Shown here in pieces: positions 53,744 to 62,617 of a stretch of DNA of 64,000 nt (positions are counted from its first letter, which is position 1; the number at the start of each line of letters is the position of its first letter). The stretch covers positions 256,001-320,000 of the forward strand of contig CAVYRH010000004.1 in assembly GCA_963770835.1 (NCBI GenBank), written 5' to 3'. The translations under genes and the position numbers were made by a program. Source of the stretch: an uncultured Pseudomonadota bacterium (GTDB lineage Bacteria > Oederibacteriota > Muellerivitia > Muellerivitales > Muellerivitaceae). The notes under the pieces were generated by a model. It made no database searches. It was given only the letters and a program-made list of their open reading frames with translations, and was not told where the DNA came from.

Positions 53744-54520
53744 ATGAAGACCCGGTTATTGTTTTTATCAGCGGTGTTGTTGGCGCCGGGGATACTGTTC
53801 GCCCAGGGGTTGAGCCAGGAAAAGATGATTGAAATCCTCAAGGGCATCGACCTGCGCATCCGAAGCGGCGGCGACTACAAGGCCCTGGTCTACCTGGAAC
53901 AGCACCAGAAGGACAAGCCCGACATCGCCCAGGAGGCCCTGGTGTACCGCAGGGACGTCGACCAGAAGCTCATGATTCTCTTCACCAAGCCCAAGACCGA
54001 CGCGGGTAAGGGCTACCTGCGGGTGGACCGGAACCTCTGGTACTACGACCCCACGGTGGGCAAGTGGGAGCGCCGTACGGACCGCGAGCGCATCGGCGGC
54101 ACGGACTCGAACCGCGAGGACTTCGACCAGTCGGACCTGGCCAACCAGTACGACCCCCAGTTCGTGGGCGAGGAAAAGTTGGGCAGCTTCACCGTCTGGC
54201 ACCTGAAATTAACCGTCAAGCCGGGCATCGACGTGGCCTACCCGATCGTGGAGTTCTGGGTGGACGAGGCCACGGGCAACTACCTCAAGCGGCAGGACTT
54301 CGCCCTGTCGGGGCGGCTCATGCGCACCAGCTACGACCCTAAGTGGGACAAGCTCTACAGCGACGCCAAGAAGGATTACCAGTGGTTCCCGCACGAGATC
54401 CACATCTACGACGAGATCGACAAGGGCAATTCCACCCTGGTCATCATCCAGTCGGTGGACCTGTCGCCCCTGCCGGAAAACATGTTCACGAAAGCGTGGC
54501 TGGAAACGAAGAGCCGGTAA
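53744..54520 (+). CDS. LolA-like outer-membrane lipoprotein-sorting family protein
   Basis: Signal peptide; ILFTKPKTDAGKGYL, LWYYDP, IGGTD...EDF, LPENMFTKAWL. Confidence 0.8.
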   Translation: MKTRLLFLSAVLLAPGILFAQGLSQEKMIEILKGIDLRIRSGGDYKALVYLEQHQKDKPDIAQEALVYRRDVDQKLMILFTKPKTDAGKGYLRVDRNLWYYDPTVGKWERRTDRERIGGTDSNREDFDQSDLANQYDPQFVGEEKLGSFTVWHLKLTVKPGIDVAYPIVEFWVDEATGNYLKRQDFALSGRLMRTSYDPKWDKLYSDAKKDYQWFPHEIHIYDEIDKGNSTLVIIQSVDLSPLPENMFTKAWLETKSR

Positions 54521-54539
54521 CCTAAGCAAAAAATTCATG

Positions 54540-54640
54540 GCCACGGATGCACACGGATTAACACGGGTAAGATTTACAATTTCAACAAAAGCTTTTGGAT
54601 TCTTTTTATTCATCTGTGTTCATCCGTGTGCATCCGTGGC
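54540..54640. repeat. Periodic inverted-repeat element (10-nt unit ACACGGAT)
   Basis: GCCACGGATGCACACGGATTAACACGGGT / AT-rich spacer / ATCTGTGTTCATCCGTGTGCATCCGTGGC. Confidence 0.9.
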
Positions 54641-54679
54641 AAAATTGCCTTTCGTCGTTTTTGCTTAAAGGGGTTCGAA

Positions 54680-55948
54680 ATGAAAAGGTTCCTTATCTTG
54701 GCTGCTGTTCTTTTGGTGGCGTCACCGCTCTTGGCCGACGACCGGCCTTCCGAAAGCGAAATGTTCGGCGGAACCTCCACCACGGCCACCCCAGGGCCCA
54801 CGCCAGCCGCCTCCAACCCGGATACCATGGCCGGCAAACCCAACAACCTTTTAACCTCCGCCGAAGAGAACACCCAAATCGGCGGCACCCTTTCCACCGA
54901 GGCGGATTATTACCTCCAGAAGGGAACTTCCCTGAACCAGGACGTCATCAGCAATCCCAACATCCTCTTCCTCTACCTGGACTCCAAGCTGGAGAACGAC
55001 AACCGGGTTTTCGTCCGCCTTCGCACCTTCTACGATCCCACCGGGGTCTCCAGCGGCAGTGTCACCGCCAGTAGTTACGTTAACCCCTACGGCTTCGGCC
55101 AACAAAACAGCGACAACCTCTCGGTGCAGCTGCAGGAACTGCGCATCTCAGCCAACCTCGCCCACGAGATCTTCCTCACCATTGGCCGCCAGAAAGTGAA
55201 GTACGGGGCGGCCAAGTTCTTCAACCCCACCGACTTCCTCAACTCCCAGCCCTACGACTTTTTCCTGCCCTCGGACGAGCGCACGGGCGTGGACATGGTT
55301 ATGGCCCAGATTCCATCTGGCACGGCCAACCTCTACCTGACCGGGCTTCCCGGCAACCCCACCAACGGCAACCCCGCCGGGGGCTATTTCCGGGGGGAAG
55401 TGGGCTACGACAGCTTCGGCTTCCTGGAGAGCGGTGAGATCTCGCTTTCGGGCTATCTGCCCAAGGGCCAGTCGGGCCGGGGTGGGTTCGACATCTCCCA
55501 GGGCATCGGCGATCTGGACGCCTATTTCGAGGGGGCCGCGGGGCAGAATTCCAGCGGCAACTGGGAAGGCGCCTTCAGCACGGGCGCCAGCTGGGAAGTC
55601 CGCTACGCCGACGAACAGACCCAAACCGTGACCCTGGAGGCGGAATACGCTAGTTACCCCACCTTGAGCGCGGGATCGAGCTTCGAGAGCTATTCCTCCA
55701 CGCAGTTCGGCATCTTCGCCCTGGACCTGGCCAGCCCCTTCAAGTGGACGGACATGACCTTCGCTGAAACCAACCTTTATGACTTCAACGGCCAGAGCGG
55801 CTATTCCCGGCTGGACGTCATCTGCCAGTTCACGAACCGCATCGACGGCCGGGTCTATGCGTCGGCTCCCTGGGGCAACACGGGCGGCACCTTCGACCAG
55901 GGCAACCTCCTGGCGCAGACCGGAGCCCGGATGGACGTGAACTTCTAG
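54680..55948 (+). CDS. Putative outer-membrane beta-barrel protein
   Basis: Signal peptide; TIGRQKVKYG..KFFNPTDFL; C-terminal GARMDVNF. Confidence 0.75.
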   Translation: MKRFLILAAVLLVASPLLADDRPSESEMFGGTSTTATPGPTPAASNPDTMAGKPNNLLTSAEENTQIGGTLSTEADYYLQKGTSLNQDVISNPNILFLYLDSKLENDNRVFVRLRTFYDPTGVSSGSVTASSYVNPYGFGQQNSDNLSVQLQELRISANLAHEIFLTIGRQKVKYGAAKFFNPTDFLNSQPYDFFLPSDERTGVDMVMAQIPSGTANLYLTGLPGNPTNGNPAGGYFRGEVGYDSFGFLESGEISLSGYLPKGQSGRGGFDISQGIGDLDAYFEGAAGQNSSGNWEGAFSTGASWEVRYADEQTQTVTLEAEYASYPTLSAGSSFESYSSTQFGIFALDLASPFKWTDMTFAETNLYDFNGQSGYSRLDVICQFTNRIDGRVYASAPWGNTGGTFDQGNLLAQTGARMDVNF

Positions 55949-55967
55949 GGCGGATGGGGGGATCCTC

Positions 55968-56225
55968 GTGGAATTCAAACGGAAAATCACCAAGCGCTAC
56001 CCCAACGGGGAAATTACCGTCATCTGGCAGCCGCATCTCTGCATCCATTCGGGAATCTGCGCGGCGGGGCTTCCCAAGGTTTTCGATCCCTCCCGGCGGC
56101 CCTGGGTGGACCCCCACGCGGCCGGGACCATCGAGATCCGCAACCAAGTCATCATGTGCCCCTCGGGCGCCCTGACGCTGGATCCGCCTCCCAAACTTGA
56201 GGATTTGAAGCCGCCTACGACGTAA
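55968..56225 (+). CDS. Divergent 4Fe-4S mono-cluster protein (YjdI-like)
   Basis: CIHSGIC..GLPKVFD...RPWV...CPSGAL. Confidence 0.85.
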   Translation: MEFKRKITKRYPNGEITVIWQPHLCIHSGICAAGLPKVFDPSRRPWVDPHAAGTIEIRNQVIMCPSGALTLDPPPKLEDLKPPTT

Positions 56226-56260
56226 ACGGCCAACCCCAAACAAAAATCTAAAGTCGATTC

Positions 56261-56356
56261 GGCCACGGATGAACACGGATTCACGCGGATAAATTAAACT
56301 CCAAACAGAATTTTGAGACTTTATCCTTTTTTATCCATCCGTGTGCATCCGTGGCC
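56261..56356. repeat. Periodic inverted-repeat element (10-nt unit), same family as 54540..54640
   Basis: GGCCACGGATGAACACGGATTCACGCGGAT ... ATCCGTGTGCATCCGTGGCC. Confidence 0.9.
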
Positions 56357-56375
56357 ATTCGGCTTTTGTTTCCGC

Positions 56376-56401
56376 GTTACACCTTGTTACAAAGTGAAAC
56401 A
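56376..56401. promoter_or_regulatory. Direct-repeat regulator site 3
   Basis: GTTAC-ACCTT-GTTAC-AAAGT-GAAACA; the last 16 nt are identical to site 2. Confidence 0.75.
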
Positions 56402-56489
56402 GCCCCGAAAAGCTTTCCTCCCCTTCCCACCTTATCTTGAAATCACGGGGAAGTTTTCAAGCCCCGATTTCAACTGAAGGAGAAGCAAA

Positions 56490-56807
56490 ATGGAACTCAA
56501 CGAACAAGATAAGGACCGCATCATCGCCGAAGAAAAACTCCGCATGGAAACCCGAAAGGAATTTTTCAAGGAGCATTTCGGCGGCATGCATGGCATGGGC
56601 CGCTGGGGCGGGGGCTGGCACGGCTACGGCTGCCACGGCTACCGCTACGGGGAATTCGGGTTGTTCAAGGTCCTCATCCTGGCCGCGGTCATCTTCGGCC
56701 TTTTCCACCTGTGGCACAGGCCCTATTGCGGCTATCCGGGTTATTACGGCTACCCCTATCCGGCGCCCCAATCGGCTCCGGCCCCTCAACCGCCCGTTAA
56801 GAACTAA
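56490..56807 (+). CDS. Small single-TM Gly/His/Tyr-rich protein
   Basis: SD AAGGAG; HFGGMHGMGRWGGGWHGYGCHGY, one TM segment, Pro/Tyr-rich tail. Confidence 0.75.
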   Translation: MELNEQDKDRIIAEEKLRMETRKEFFKEHFGGMHGMGRWGGGWHGYGCHGYRYGEFGLFKVLILAAVIFGLFHLWHRPYCGYPGYYGYPYPAPQSAPAPQPPVKN

Positions 56808-56978
56808 AAAGCTTGGCATCCAATGCCTCAAATCGATTGAAAGGCGGGGAGGGCGCCGAAAAGCGTCTTCCCCGGCCCTTAACTAAGGGTTAACCCCTGG
56901 TCCCCCCCGGCCCCGACACGCCAAAATTGTCGCGAGCAGGTTCTTTCGTTACGAAAAAGAAAAATTTAAAAAAGGGTA

Positions 56979-57016
56979 TTGACACTGTTCCTGATAATCA
57001 GTACTACTGATCATCA
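56979..57016 (+). promoter_or_regulatory. Promoter with overlapping MarR-type operator
   Basis: TTGACA (56979-56984); palindrome TGATAATCAGTA-C-TACTGATCATCA (56992-57016, 1 mismatch) over the -10 region. Confidence 0.75.
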
Positions 57017-57047
57017 CTGGCAGTGAACGAAAGGCGCAAGGCGTGTC

Positions 57048-57563
57048 ATGATCCTCAAGAAAGTCGAAAAAAGGCCCGAAGAAACCCAGGAGGGCGAACT
57101 GGGCCTTTCCGAGTGCCTTCTGGGCCGCACCGGGTTTCTCCTGAACAAATCGGCCTACCGTTTTAAGGAGGCCTATGAGGAACGCCTCGGCCCCCTGGGG
57201 CTGGCCGCCAAGCATTACGGCACCCTCTCGGTCCTGGAAGAAAGGGGCTCCATCACCCAACAGGAGATCGGGAAGTGCATTTATGTGGACCGGACCACCA
57301 TGGTCGGCATCCTGGATGATTTGGAAAAATCAGGTTTCGTGGAACGCAAGGAGCATCCCACCGACCGGCGGTCCCATGCCGTTTACCTGACGGCCAAGGG
57401 CAAGGAGGTCCTCTCCAAGGCCCACCACTTGGCCGCGGCGGTGGAAAAGCAGTTTTTGGAATGTCTTTCGGCGAAGGAGCAAAAAGAGCTCCGGGGGCTT
57501 TTGAGGAAATTGGTCGTTACGCATTATTCGTCAACCAAGGCTAAGGAAAGAGGGGAAGGATGA
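57048..57563 (+). CDS. MarR-family transcriptional regulator
   Basis: VDRTTMVGILDDLEKSGFVER...DRRSHAVYLTAKG. Confidence 0.92.
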   Translation: MILKKVEKRPEETQEGELGLSECLLGRTGFLLNKSAYRFKEAYEERLGPLGLAAKHYGTLSVLEERGSITQQEIGKCIYVDRTTMVGILDDLEKSGFVERKEHPTDRRSHAVYLTAKGKEVLSKAHHLAAAVEKQFLECLSAKEQKELRGLLRKLVVTHYSSTKAKERGEG

Positions 57564-58924
57564 AAAGAACGGCAAGGTTGCTCTTCATGCTGGCGGTTTC
57601 GGCGGCTTCCCTTGCGGGGGCCCAGGACAACGCGGCCCCGGTTTCCACCGGGTCCCTGACCCTGGAGCAGGCCCAGAAGGAAGCCCTGCAAAATTCACCG
57701 GACTACCGCTCGGCCCAGGACGCGGAAAAAGAGGCGGGTTGGGAGCAACTGGAGGCGATCTCCAAGGGGTTTCTTCCCAGCGTGACGGTCAGCGGCAAGC
57801 AATTCTTCGCGACTAAGTACGCGCAGGAAGGCGTTAATTTCCTGGGGCCCAACGAGTTCAGCCCCTTCCCTGAGAACTTCCCCAACACCACCCTCGCGTT
57901 AGACGCGAACTTCGACCTCTTCGACGGCTTTAAGAACATCCATCAATTGGACGCAGCTAACAACGGCCACGAGGCGAAAAAGGTCCTTTCCGATTACGCC
58001 CTGATTCATCTCCAGGAGGACGTGCGATTCAAGTTTTACGCCTCCCTCGCCACCAAGCTGCTCTCGGACATGGCGGATGAGAATGTGAAGACCCTTGAAA
58101 GCCATTTGAACATTGTGGAAGACCAACTGGCCAACGGCCAGGCCACCAAGTACGACCAACTACGTGTGGACGTGCAGTTGTCCGAGGCCAAGTCCGAGGC
58201 CGTTTCCTACCATGACAATGTGGCCTTGGCCCGGGAGGCCCTGACTCGCTCCATGGGGCTCAAGGACGATTCGCGGGCCCTGACCGGCGAGATGCCCGTG
58301 TTGGACCTGGACGCCTTGATTCAGGACGTGACCGCCATCGACATCACCCAAAGCCCCCAACTGCAGGCCACGAAGCTTCAGTCCTTGGCCGCGGCCGACC
58401 AAAGCGCCGCCGCCGGCGCGGCGCTTTGGGTGCCGAAGATCTCCCTGATCGGCGAGTACCAGTGGTACAACAGCCAGGATTACAACTTCTCCGCCAACCA
58501 AATCAATAACACGGGCGACTACCTTAACTCCTACTTCTTCGGCGCCTCCGCCACCTGGAACATCCTGGACGGTGGGGAATCGGTGGCCAAGGCCAACGAG
58601 GCGGACGAACAAGCCAAACAAGCCAAGGATAATTACGAAGCCGCCCAACTCCAGACCCCCTACGATTTTGACCAATGGAAGAGGCGGCTGGCTTCCAGCG
58701 TGGCCCTTTACAAGACCCAGTTGAAGAACGTGGACGAGGCCAAGGAAAGCGCACGGCTGGCCTTGGTGAGTTATAAGGCCGGCACGCGCACTACCACTGA
58801 CGTTTTGGATGCGGAATCGGAAGAGTACAGGGCTTCCGCCGAACTGGTGCAGGCCCAATTGGGAGCCTTGGAGGCCCTCATTAATCTGGAACTTTTAACA
58901 GGAAAGAGGTTGAGCCATGACTAA
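57560..58924 (+). CDS. TolC-family outer-membrane efflux protein
   Basis: Signal peptide; LTLEQA...ALQNSP, FDLFDG, YKAGTRTTTDVLDA. Confidence 0.88.
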   Translation: MKRTARLLFMLAVSAASLAGAQDNAAPVSTGSLTLEQAQKEALQNSPDYRSAQDAEKEAGWEQLEAISKGFLPSVTVSGKQFFATKYAQEGVNFLGPNEFSPFPENFPNTTLALDANFDLFDGFKNIHQLDAANNGHEAKKVLSDYALIHLQEDVRFKFYASLATKLLSDMADENVKTLESHLNIVEDQLANGQATKYDQLRVDVQLSEAKSEAVSYHDNVALAREALTRSMGLKDDSRALTGEMPVLDLDALIQDVTAIDITQSPQLQATKLQSLAAADQSAAAGAALWVPKISLIGEYQWYNSQDYNFSANQINNTGDYLNSYFFGASATWNILDGGESVAKANEADEQAKQAKDNYEAAQLQTPYDFDQWKRRLASSVALYKTQLKNVDEAKESARLALVSYKAGTRTTTDVLDAESEEYRASAELVQAQLGALEALINLELLTGKRLSHD

Positions 58925-59804
58925 GACAATACCCTCGCCCGCGGCGGCGCCCGACAACGGGAAAAGAAAAAATATCCTGCGGATCGTGGCCGTTGTGGCG
59001 GTTGTGATCGCCGGTTACTTCATCGTGAAGAATTACTACTACGAGGGCACGGATGACGCCTATGTAGAGGCCCACGCCCTCATGCTGGCCCCGCGCATCA
59101 GCGGCACGGTGACCCAGGTGAATGTGGTGGAAAACCAGGCGGTGACCATGGGCCAGGTGCTGGCCCAACTGGATGACCATGACTATTCGCAAGCCATGAC
59201 CCAGGCTCTGGGCGACCAAAACTCCGTCCAGGCGGATCTCGACCAGGCCTACAAGGACCTGGGACGCATTAAGAAGCTCCTTGACGACCAGGCGGTTTCT
59301 AAATCCGACTACGACGCCGCCGTGGCCAAATATGGCAACCTGAGTAACCGCTTGAAGGCCGACCAGGCCAAGGTGGCCCAGGCCAACCTCAACTTGGACT
59401 ATACCAAGATCGTCGCGCCCACCGACGGCACCATTGCCAAGAAGTCGGTGGAGGTGGGAATGGTGGTTCCGCAAGGCCAGGCGTTGTTCGGCTTCGTCTC
59501 CTCCAATGAGCGTTGGGTGGAGGCCAATTTCAAGGAAACCCAGCTCTCCCGCATCAAGCCCGGCCAGAACGTGAACGTGGAAGTGGACGCCATTTCCGGA
59601 AAGAACTTCCACGGCGTAGTGGACAGTATCGGCTCGGCCACCGGATCGACCTTCACCCTTTTGCCACCGGATAATTCCACGGGCAACTTCACCAAGGTGG
59701 TCCAGCGCGTTCCGGTGAAGATCGACCTGCCCAATCTCTCGAAGGACGAAATAGACCGCCTGGCGGCGGGGTTGTCCGCTGTTGTGAATATAAAAGTTCA
59801 CTGA
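58917..59804 (+). CDS. EmrA/HlyD-family membrane fusion protein
   Basis: TDDAYV, APRISG, WVEANFKETQL, LLPPDNSTGNFTKVVQRVPV. Confidence 0.92.
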   Translation: MTKTIPSPAAAPDNGKRKNILRIVAVVAVVIAGYFIVKNYYYEGTDDAYVEAHALMLAPRISGTVTQVNVVENQAVTMGQVLAQLDDHDYSQAMTQALGDQNSVQADLDQAYKDLGRIKKLLDDQAVSKSDYDAAVAKYGNLSNRLKADQAKVAQANLNLDYTKIVAPTDGTIAKKSVEVGMVVPQGQALFGFVSSNERWVEANFKETQLSRIKPGQNVNVEVDAISGKNFHGVVDSIGSATGSTFTLLPPDNSTGNFTKVVQRVPVKIDLPNLSKDEIDRLAAGLSAVVNIKVH

Positions 59805-59818
59805 AAAGAGGTTTTGGG

Positions 59819-60445
59819 ATGGTTGAGTATAAAGGCACCACCGGCTTCCAGGGATCCTGGGAGGAAACCTACCGCCAAACGCCCCCGGAGGAACTTCCCT
59901 GGAACGCCGGCATGGCGGACGGAGACCTAAAGGACTTGTTGGACGGCGTCCAAGCGACGCCGGATAAGGCCTACGACCTGGGCTGTGGGCCGGGCAATGA
60001 CGCGGTCTTCCTGGCTAGCCAGGGGTGGAAAGTGATCGCCGTGGACATTTCCCCCACGGCCGTGAAGCTGGCGAAAGAAGCCGCCGCCAAGTTCGGCGTG
60101 GAAGGGAAGATCCAATTCGTGGCTGCCGATGTCCTGGCTCTCAAGGGCCGGGGGGACGCGTCGTTGGTGAATGACCGGGGCTGTTTTCACACCCTGCCTT
60201 CCGATACTTGGGCGGATTACGCCCGAATGGTGGCGGGCCTCCTGAAGAAGAACGGCCTGCTGGCGCTTAAGGTTTTCAGTTTCAAGGAACCCAAGCTGAC
60301 CACCGGGTCCGGGCCTTTCCGCTTCACGGAAGAACAACTGGAAGACGTCTTCGTGGACGCTTTTGAGATGGTGATGATCAAGGAGGGCATTTTCCACGGC
60401 CCCCGTAAACCCTATTCATTTTTCGGGGTATTTAGGAAAAGATAG
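59819..60445 (+). CDS. Class I SAM-dependent methyltransferase (TPMT-like)
   Basis: LPW, DLGCGPG, VDIS, DRGCFH. Confidence 0.88.
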   Translation: MVEYKGTTGFQGSWEETYRQTPPEELPWNAGMADGDLKDLLDGVQATPDKAYDLGCGPGNDAVFLASQGWKVIAVDISPTAVKLAKEAAAKFGVEGKIQFVAADVLALKGRGDASLVNDRGCFHTLPSDTWADYARMVAGLLKKNGLLALKVFSFKEPKLTTGSGPFRFTEEQLEDVFVDAFEMVMIKEGIFHGPRKPYSFFGVFRKR

Positions 60446-60465
60446 ATCATAAAGAGTTAGCCGCG

Positions 60466-60605
60466 GTCATTGCGAGGAATGACCGCCGAATAGGCGGTCG
60501 AACATGACGAAGCAAACTCAGTTGCAGGATGCTTTGAGTTTTTTTCAAACTGAGGTTGCTTCGTCGTAACCGGCCCACTATTCGCGGACCACTCCTCGCA
60601 ATGAC
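60466..60605. repeat. CGTC/GTCA-type REP doublet
   Basis: Outer IR GTCATTGCGAGGA...TCCTCGCAATGAC; inner IR GACGAAGCAAACTCAGTT / AACTGAGGTTGCTTCGTC. Confidence 0.85.
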
Positions 60606-60631
60606 GGCAAACTGTTTTCAGAGGTTCATCA

Positions 60632-62254
60632 ATGAGCGCCGCAACCGCAACCATCACAAAAACCGAAGCCGCGTCGGCGCCCCCCATCAACCGGGCGGCC
60701 ATCCTGGTGGTCATTACCGCCGGCCTGGCGTCCCTCCTGGAGATCGTGGACACTTCCATCGTCAACGTGGCCATCCCCACCATGATGGGCAACCTGGGAG
60801 CCACCCTGGACGAGATCGGCTGGGTGGTGACGGGCTACATCATTTCCAACGCCATCGTGCTGCCCATTTCAGGATGGCTGGGCAACCGCTTCGGCCGGCG
60901 CAAGTACTACATCACCTGTATCCTCCTTTTCGTGCTCACCTCAGTGGCCTGCGGTATGGCACCCAATCTCTGGACGCTAGTGCTCTTCCGCATTATCCAA
61001 GGAGCGGCGGGCGGGGCGCTTTTACCCACTTCCCAGGCCCTCATCCAGGAAATGTTCCCGGGAAAGCGCTCGGGCATCGGCAGCGCCCTCTACGGCATGG
61101 TGGTTATCATCGGCCCCACCATCGGCCCGCCCTTGGGCGGCTACCTGACCGACCATTTCGGCTGGCGCATGATCTTCAACATCAACCTGCCCCTGGGCCT
61201 TTTGGCGGCCTTCCTAGCTACTCTCTATATCAAGGACCATGCCGAGGATGGGGAGCACGCCGAGGCCAACGCAAAAATGAAGGCGGCCCCCGTGGATACG
61301 GTGGGGCTGATGCTTTTGGTCGTGGGGGTCGGCTGCCTGCAGTTCGTCCTGGAGCGGGGCCGGGCCGACGACTGGTTTTCCTCCAAGCTCATCCTGGCCT
61401 TCACCATCGTGGCGGGACTCTGCATTCCCTTTTTCATTTGGTGGGAGGTCACGCGGGAACACCCCATTGTGGACCTGAAACTCTTCAAGAACCCGGGGCT
61501 CATCAACGGCACCATCATGATGGGCTGCGTGGGCGGAATGCTTTACGGGCTCATCTTTTTCATCCCCATCTTCGCCTCCAACATCCTCAACCTGGACGCG
61601 GGGCAGACCGGGAACCTCTTCACACCCGGCGCCCTGGTCTCGGGCATGATGATGCCCATCATCGGGTTCCAGCTCCAAAAGCGGGACCCGCGCCTCTTCA
61701 TGGCCTGGGGCATCGGCATCACGGACGTGGCGCTTTTCATGATCGCCCATTTCACGCCCCAGTCCACCTATTGGAACCTCTTCTGGCCCCTCATGATCCG
61801 CGGGCTGGGCATGGCCGCGCTTTTCATTCCCATCAACGCCATGGTACTAGGGGGCTTCAAGGGCCCGGCCCTAGGCCAGGCCGCCGGCATCATGAACCTC
61901 TCGCGCCAGCTGGGGGGCAGCCTGGGCATCGCGCTTCTTTCCACCATGTTCGGCAACGCCAACGACGCGGCCTATGACCACTTGCGGCAGTACATCAGTC
62001 CCCTGACCATGGGCTTCAGCCAGTGGGCCCGCGGGGCCCAGGCCATGGCCTACCATTTTTCCGACCAGATGGGCCTTTATAACCCCGACACCCTGATGGT
62101 CAAGGAAGCTTATTTCCGCGTGAAGAAGCAGGCCTTCGTCATGGCCTTCGACCAGATGGCCTGGGTGATGGTGGTCGGCTTCGCCGTGGCGGGCATCCCG
62201 ATCCTGTTTATGAAAAAGGCCGAGCACCTGGGCAACCCCGCGGACGCGCATTAA
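60632..62254 (+). CDS. DHA2-family MFS efflux permease (EmrB-like)
   Basis: VDTSIVNVAIP, WVVTGY, GPTIGPPLGGYL, WRMIFNINLPLG, NLSRQLGGS. Confidence 0.92.
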   Translation: MSAATATITKTEAASAPPINRAAILVVITAGLASLLEIVDTSIVNVAIPTMMGNLGATLDEIGWVVTGYIISNAIVLPISGWLGNRFGRRKYYITCILLFVLTSVACGMAPNLWTLVLFRIIQGAAGGALLPTSQALIQEMFPGKRSGIGSALYGMVVIIGPTIGPPLGGYLTDHFGWRMIFNINLPLGLLAAFLATLYIKDHAEDGEHAEANAKMKAAPVDTVGLMLLVVGVGCLQFVLERGRADDWFSSKLILAFTIVAGLCIPFFIWWEVTREHPIVDLKLFKNPGLINGTIMMGCVGGMLYGLIFFIPIFASNILNLDAGQTGNLFTPGALVSGMMMPIIGFQLQKRDPRLFMAWGIGITDVALFMIAHFTPQSTYWNLFWPLMIRGLGMAALFIPINAMVLGGFKGPALGQAAGIMNLSRQLGGSLGIALLSTMFGNANDAAYDHLRQYISPLTMGFSQWARGAQAMAYHFSDQMGLYNPDTLMVKEAYFRVKKQAFVMAFDQMAWVMVVGFAVAGIPILFMKKAEHLGNPADAH

Positions 62255-62257
62255 CCG

Positions 62258-62289
62258 CAGTCGACAGGCGGCGGCTGTCAGTCGTCAGG
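62258..62289 (+). repeat. 7-nt tandem array
   Basis: CAGTCGA-CAGGCGG-CGGCTGT-CAGTCGT-CAGG. Confidence 0.5.
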
Positions 62290-62345
62290 AAAAGCGGGAA
62301 GCAGAAACAAGAATCCATCATTCCTAAAATTAGGAGAGAGAGTTG

Positions 62346-62375
62346 GGGGCGGTACCCTGAGCCGCCCCTCTTTTT
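62346..62375 (+). terminator. Intrinsic terminator of the efflux operon
   Basis: GGGGCGG...CCGCCCC followed by TCTTTTT. Confidence 0.6.
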
Positions 62376-62617
62376 ACGCAATCCCCCTTCCCCTTGGAAA
62401 GCTCATTCAAGACAGCCTTCGTCCCAAGAAAAAGAGATAACCGCCAGTAAACCCAAGAATTTCAAAGTTTTTTTGCCAAAAGACTTACCCTTTTTTTACC
62501 CAGTCCCTCCACCCCGGGGACCTATAATCTCCCCTCAAAACCCATTCCAAAACTCTCTTTAAGAAAAGAACCGGCTGGCCCTTGCAGGGTCCGGCGCAAC
62601 AATAAAAGGTGTCCGTC

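Noticed and set aside
5319..56356. Periodic repeats as CRISPR arrays
   Set aside because: Units are 7-10 nt and arranged as inverted arms around a single spacer; there is no repeat-spacer series and no cas gene.
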